Shown: positions 58,199 through 64,000 of the stretch, piece by piece | Numbering within the stretch: position 1 is the first letter of the stretch | Layout: each line of letters opens with the position of its first letter | Source: Octopus vulgaris | Taxonomy: Eukaryota | Length of the DNA stretch: 64,000 bases | Assembly: GCA_951406725.2 (NCBI GenBank) | Contig: OX597815.1 | Coordinates: 44,888,001-44,952,000 of the forward strand | Direction of reading: 5' to 3' | Translations under genes and position numbers: made by a program | Notes under the pieces: generated by a model | Seen by the model: only the letters and a program-made list of their open reading frames with translations | What the model was told of the DNA's origin: nothing | Database searches by the model: none

Positions 58199-58777
58199 TC
58201 TCTGTGCTTGTCCCCGACCACCGCTTGACAACTGGTATTATGTTTACGTTCTTGTAACTTCGCAGTTCGGCAAAAGACCTCAATAGAATAAGTAGTTTAC
58301 AAAAAATGAGTCCTGGGGTCGATTCATTCGACTAAAACATTCATCTAAGCGGTGCCCCAGCATGGCCACATTATAATGACTGAAACAAGATAAAAGATAT
58401 TTTCGTGCTCGGTGTCACTAGAACTCCATGTCGATGATGAGTGAGAAGCCGATCAAGAAGCCATGGCGTCTCCTCTTTCAGCGTGGAACCGGCTGAAGAC
58501 TAACAGCACCACTCTGTCTTCCTGTGCTGGTGAGATGAAAAAAGAGATTAGAGATAGGAGATTAGCGAATGGTGGGAAATCACTAAGAAAAGCTGCAAAA
58601 CATTAATGAAACTAGATAAAAATCAAATAAAATAGACATATAAATATATGTGTGTGTGTATGTATATATATATATATATAACGGGAAGCTTTATGAAAAT
58701 AAACAAAAGACGAAGGCAGGTGGAAAACAAACGAACAATTGTATTAGTATGGCGCTCAGGAAATATAAATAAAATAA

Positions 58778-58816
58778 GTCTTTAACGTTTCGAGCCTACG
58801 CTCTTCAACAGAAAGA
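58778..58816 (-). ncRNA. Minimal hammerhead-like motif in the Penelope terminus (non-canonical core)
   Basis: Minus strand: tcttt CTGTTGA a gagc-gtag-gctc GAAA cgtt aaaga. Stems I and II and a palindromic stem III are present, but the core deviates from CUGAnGA. Confidence 0.45.
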
Positions 58817-58997
58817 TACACAGAGAGAGAAAAACACAGAAAGAAGGAGAGAAAAAAATGCGTGCAGTAGCTAACGAATCAACATGGCGATCTGATTTCG
58901 GCCAGAGGTCAAAGATCAAACATGAGACGCGAGAGCGAAATAAGGGGAGATAATAGGGTTGATAAATGGGTTGAGGGACCAGCTAATAGTGTTTAGG

Positions 58998-59720
58998 AGG
59001 GGTCTGGATGTGTGTATGTATAGGGTTGGTGTATGTATTAGTATGTATAAGGGTGTGTGTGTGTGTGTGTGTGTGTGTATGAGAGAGTATTAGTGCGTAG
59101 GATTGGTCTGGACGTGCGTATGTATGGGGTTGGTGTATGTATTAGTATGTATTAGTATGTATTATTACGTATTGGTGTGTATAAGTGTGTGTGTGTGTGT
59201 ATGAGAGAGTATAAGTGCGTATGCGGGGTCTGGACGTGTGTATGTATAGGGTTGGTGTATGTATTAGTATGTATAAGGGTGTGTGTGTGTGTGTGTGTAT
59301 GAGAGAGTATTAGTGCGTAGGATTGGTCTGGACGTGCGTATGTATGGGGTTGGTGTATGTATTAGTATGTATTAGTATGTATTATTACGTATTGGTATGT
59401 ATAAGTGTGTGTGTGTGTGTATGAGAGAGTATAAGTGCGTATGCGGGGTCTGGACGTGTGTATGTATAGGGTTGGTGTATGTATTAGTATGTATAAGGGT
59501 GTGTGTGTGTGTGTGTGTGTATGAGAGAGTATTAGTGCGTAGGATTGGTCTGGACGTGCGTATGTATGGGGTTGGTGTATGTATTAGTATGTATTAGTAT
59601 GTATTATTACGTATTGGTATGTATAAGTGTGTGTGTGTGTGTATGAGAGAGTATAAGTGCGTATGCGGGGTCTGGACGTGTGTATGTATAGGGTTGGTGT
59701 ATGTATTAGTATGTACTAGT
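58998..59720. repeat. ~220-bp tandem repeat (about 3.3 copies) in the Penelope 3' region
   Basis: 'ggggtctgga(c/t)gtgtgtatgtatagggttgg' recurs at ~59000, 59225, 59445 and 59667. Confidence 0.9.
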
Positions 59721-60092
59721 ATGTATTAGTACGTATTAGTATGTATTAGTTGGTGTGTGTGTATTAGTATGGCACATCATATGTGATGTGATGTGTAAAG
59801 TCATGTGGTGTAGTGAGGAGAAGAGGGGGAGGGGGAGGAGAGGGAGGAGAGAAGGGGAGGGGAATAAGAGGGGGAGGAGAGGGGGAAGAGGAGAGGATGG
59901 GGGAGGAGGGGGATGAAGGAGGAAAGAGGGAGAGGGGGAGAGAGAAGGAGAGAGAGGGAGTGAGGGAGCAGAGGGAAGGGGAAGAGGGAGGGAGAAAGAG
60001 GGAAGAAGGGAAGGGGAGTAGGGGTGAAAGGATGAAGGACTGAATAAGTAGGGGTCGGGGGGAAAGGATAGATGAGGAGGGGGGAGAGGGGG

Positions 60093-60589
60093 TTAGATGA
60101 GGAGGCGGGGAGAGTTGAGACCAAATGGCGTATAAGAGCGAAGAGAGAAGATTAATTCCTGTTCACGGCGCAAACGGGAATCCGGATGGCCTCTGTGTAA
60201 GGACAAACCGAACACAGATAGGTGTTGCAAGGAGTGACCGGTGGAGCGGAAATGGCGTGAGACCGGTGTGTCGTTCGCAAGGTGGATGTCACGAAGGTGT
60301 TCCGCGAACCGGTCAGCCAAGCGGCGTCCCGTTTGTCCGATGTACAAGGAATTGCAGAGAGAGCAAGAGATGCAATAGATAATATTGCTGGAGGTGCAGG
60401 TGAAGGAGTGGATGATGGGATAGGGTCGATGGTGGGTGCTAGTGAGGCGGGTGGTGTTGGAGTGGTAAGGGCAAGTGCGGCAACGTGGGCGGGAGCAAGG
60501 GAACGAGCCGGGTTGGGAGGTAGGGTCAGGGAAGGAGCTATGGACCAAAAGGTCTCGAAGGTTGTGGGCTCGTTTGAAAGAGGAGGGGG
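60093..60589 (-). CDS. Penelope-type GIY-YIG endonuclease (continuation after the frameshift)
   Basis: FKRAHNLRDLLVHSS, CSRPRCRTC, FTCTSSNIIYCISCSLCNSLYIGQTGRRLADRFAEH, RREQELI...GLN. Confidence 0.92.
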
Positions 60590-62320
60590 TCGGTTAGGGA
60601 AGAGGTGTGAAGTGGACGGGTCGGACTGGAGATGACGGAAAGCTCGAAGAATGGTGCGTTGGAGACGTAGGGTCGTGGGGTGGTAAGTGAGGGGAAAAGG
60701 GAGGCGGGAGACTACAGGGCGGGTTCGGGGAGAGAGAGCAGATACCCGGTCCACGGACCGTGCTCTGGCAAGGGCGGTGTGGATAGTGGTGAGGGGGTAT
60801 CCACGTAGGGTGAAGTGGTGAGCCATACGTTGAGACTGAGTCTCAAAGTCATGGTCGTCACTACAGAGCCTTCGTAGACGGAGGAATTGGAAATAGGGGA
60901 TGGAAAGCTTGGTGTGTTCTGGGTGGGAGGAAGAGAAGTTGAGGTATGAGTGTGAGTCTGTGTGTTTGTAGTGAATGGAGGTGGTAAGAATGGAGTGAAG
61001 AATGCTAACCGAAATGTCGAGGAAGGAGACAGAGGTGTTGGAGATAGTGGAAGTGAAGTGGAGGGCTGGATGGAAAGATTGGACGAAAGAGAGGAAGGAA
61101 TCTAGATGTTCGCGGGAGAGTGAGGTGGCACCGATAATGTCGTCAATGTAACGACCACATAGTTCAGGAGTGGGACCAGTGAAATTAGAGAATATTTGGG
61201 CCTCAACATAGCCAACGAACAGGTTCGCATAGTTGGGGCCCATTCGCGTTCCCATGGCCAATCCCGAGACCTGATGGTAGAACTCGCCCGCGAACGAGAA
61301 GCAGTTCAGAGTAAGGACAAGTTCGGCCAGACGAATGAGTGTGGAGGTGTCAGGTACAGGGTTAGAGCGGAGGTCAAGAAAGTGTCGAAGGGCCTGCAGT
61401 CCTTCGTGGTGAGGGATAACAGTATAGAGGCTTTGGATGTCCATAGTAAAAAGGATTTTGGAGGAGCCGGGAGGAAAGGAGAAAGAGTTGAAAAGCCGGA
61501 GAGCATGGATGGTATCGTGGATGTGGGAGGGAAGAGATGCCACTAGGGGGGCAAGGACACGGTCGAGGTATTTAGAGATGAGCTCCGTGGGGCAGTTACA
61601 GGCGGAGACGATAGGGCGGCCAGGGTTGTTGGGTTTGTGGATTTTGGGGAGGAAGTAAATGGTGGAGGTACGTGGGGTTCGCACAATTAGGTTGGATGCG
61701 GTGCGGGGGAGACGGGAGGACGAGATGAGGTCTTGGACAGTAGAGGATACCGTCTGTTGGTAGCTACGTGTGGGGTTAGAGGGCAGAGGGGAATAGAAGG
61801 AGGTGTCATTGAGTTGGCGGAAAGCCTCGGCCCTATAGAAGTCCGCGCGCCACACCACTACAGCTCCATCCTTGTCAGCCGGTTTGATGATAATGTCAGC
61901 GCGCCGTTGGAGGGAACGAAGAGCCAAGAGCTCAGCCGGGGAGATGTTGAGGCGGCGTTGGCGCCTGGAGAAGTTGAACCGCTCCAATGCACGCTGACAA
62001 GCGCCCGCGAAAAGATCCACTGCTAGGATCTGGCCAGGGGCAGGCGTCCACAGGGATGGTCGGCGGCCCAGGCCAGTGAAGCAGTCCTCTTCGTTGGGTG
62101 TGGGTGGCGAGTCGTGGTAATGCGCACTCAACCGGACACGGCGCACAAAGCTGTGGACATCAACTCGCGTCTGGAATTCCTTACAGGATGGAGTGAGGGG
62201 GATGAAACGCAGACCCCTACCAAGGACGGAGCGTTCAGCCGCAGAGAGGGGAAGATCGGGGGGAATGGTAACAACAGACGGAAGTGGAGAAGGGGTGGGT
62301 GGAATAGAAGTAGGAGAAAT
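60590..62320 (-). CDS. Penelope-type reverse transcriptase (5'-truncated, no native start)
   Basis: IIIKPADKDGAVVV, YFLPKIHKPNNPGRPIVS, MDIQSLYT, GLAMGTRMGPNYANLFV, RYIDD, FLDISV, YKHTDSHSYL. Homology ends at a 1-nt frameshift near 60590. Confidence 0.92.
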
Positions 62321-62969
62321 ATATATATATATATATATATCCAAATTAGGGGAGTGGAACGGGTAAAATCTAGACTACGTATGTTACTTAGCGAGCCGAT
62401 CCTCTAATGTAATAATTACTCAACGACAGACACTCTGCTTAGCTAATCATCAGGCCGAGAATACCTTAATTACATAAACGTTACATTGTCGCTTGGAATG
62501 TCAAAGTTAACTCACCGCAGATGTGCGCTGAAATGAGTAGTGAAACTTGAAGAATAGAATAATAAAAAAACAAATACTTGAAGAAATAAAACGGCCAAAA
62601 AGGATGGGGTCAAATATGTGGGAGTAGAAGTCGTATAAAAAAGAAAGAAAAGGAAAAAAATAAATGAAAGAAAGCAGTAGACGTTACTCCCTACGGAGAT
62701 CCGCAACTACGCGGTTTTTCGAAAGGGATTCAATGTCCGATGTAATGTTGAGACTGGGACACAACGAACTAATTAATATGCTGACTGAAGTAGATATGAT
62801 ATAGATAAGTACCAAGCGCTCCTAGACAATAATTTGATAAATTTTGGTAAAGACCGCAGTTAGCAGTCGATCAACTATCGAAAATTTAAGGGTCTTCTTG
62901 GGTCCGTTTAAGCCAAAAATTGTCTGGAAGCAGCAATGAAGAGTCCAGATTGAGAAAGAAACGCAGCTC

Positions 62970-63025
<56 letters not shown>

Positions 63026-63210
63026 CACCATCATTATATATTTAACTATTTTCCTCTATGTTATCACAACTTTAAACTAAGTTTTCTAATCGTGTAATAA
63101 ATACCCCACGCCATGGACACATCTCTCGCCCTCTTTTCTTTCTCCATCATTTTCTCTAATCACGTGAAAGCGTTTCCGTATGTGTGCATGAATGTACGAT
63201 ATATACACAC

Positions 63211-63241
<31 letters not shown>

Positions 63242-63242
63242 A

Positions 63243-63350
<108 letters not shown>

Positions 63351-63743
63351 TTACATAGATACATATACACAAGAATACATACAAGTTCAGGTTTATACCT
63401 GTAATTATTGAGGTCCTGGGATATGTAATGCACTGCCTAAATACCAATCTTGAGAAATTAGGCTTCCCAAAACCAGAAAGGAAACGGCTAATTCGAAGGC
63501 TACAGATCAAATCTATCACTGGAACTATAAAGATTTGTAAAACATTCCAGAAGTTAATCGTTTAAAATATATATGTGCAAGTCTAGATATACAACTATAT
63601 GCATGAGAATACATACATAAGACATACAAATCTACACATACATGCATACATACACACACACATACATACATACATACATACATACATACATACGTACGTA
63701 CGTACGTACGTACTAACGTACATACATACATACATACATACAT

Positions 63744-63790
<47 letters not shown>

Positions 63791-63909
63791 CAAAAATACA
63801 CTTGTTGATGTTGAAACCCCAATGAAGGAACCTTGGATTTAGGTTAGAAACCGGTTCTCTCTATATTGGCAAGAAATCTTGAAATAAACTGAATAATGAC
63901 ATACATACA

Positions 63910-63941
<32 letters not shown>

Positions 63942-64000
63942 CACACACACTCATATATACATCTTCACACGTCCTGTTTTGTATTGAATGTATGGGCCGT

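Larger units (their letters stand above)
58681..62320 (-). mobile_element. Penelope-like retroelement, 5'-truncated, inserted in the (TA)n of unit 5
   Basis: GC-rich block absent from the other units and flanked by (TA)n, with RT and GIY-YIG coding sequence. The 3' region has a purine/pyrimidine tract and tandem repeats. Confidence 0.95.

Noticed and set aside
60282-62407. Plus-strand ORFs within the Penelope element
   Set aside because: Antisense shadows of the GC-rich RT/EN frame.

Overview
AT-rich eukaryotic DNA with no intact host protein-coding gene. The microsatellite density and SINE families suggest an octopus genome; this is an inference from recognition. Positions 1-26.8 kb are a TE graveyard: tRNA-derived SINEs, a mariner 3' end, REL-endonuclease (R4/Dong-like) LINE tails, a decayed RTE LINE, an internally deleted Helitron and a fold-back palindrome. 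From ~26,861 to the window end lies a head-to-tail array of a ~7.8-kb unit (five copies seen; copy 2 lacks its end, copy 5 is cut by the window edge). Each unit holds a 5S-rRNA-derived pseudogene and a minus-strand spliced gene 5' fragment. Copies 1-4 also hold an apparent non-coding Pol II gene with CRE half-site/GC box/TATA, a GTAAGT donor, two acceptors and AATAAA plus a GU-rich tract. Its RNA would fold into a pre-miRNA-sized hairpin and a 67/68-bp duplex assembled from shuffled L1/Tx1 LINE ORF2 fragments. The single mismatch in that duplex is an A:C inside UAG, and a 40-nt bulge is an inverted copy of the gene's own promoter. A second ~100-bp imperfect hairpin lies downstream. This is a candidate amplified hairpin-RNA (endo-siRNA/miRNA/ADAR-substrate) locus; expression is not shown by the sequence. 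Individual copies carry later Penelope-type insertions, including a near-intact RT+GIY-YIG element and hammerhead ribozyme motifs.
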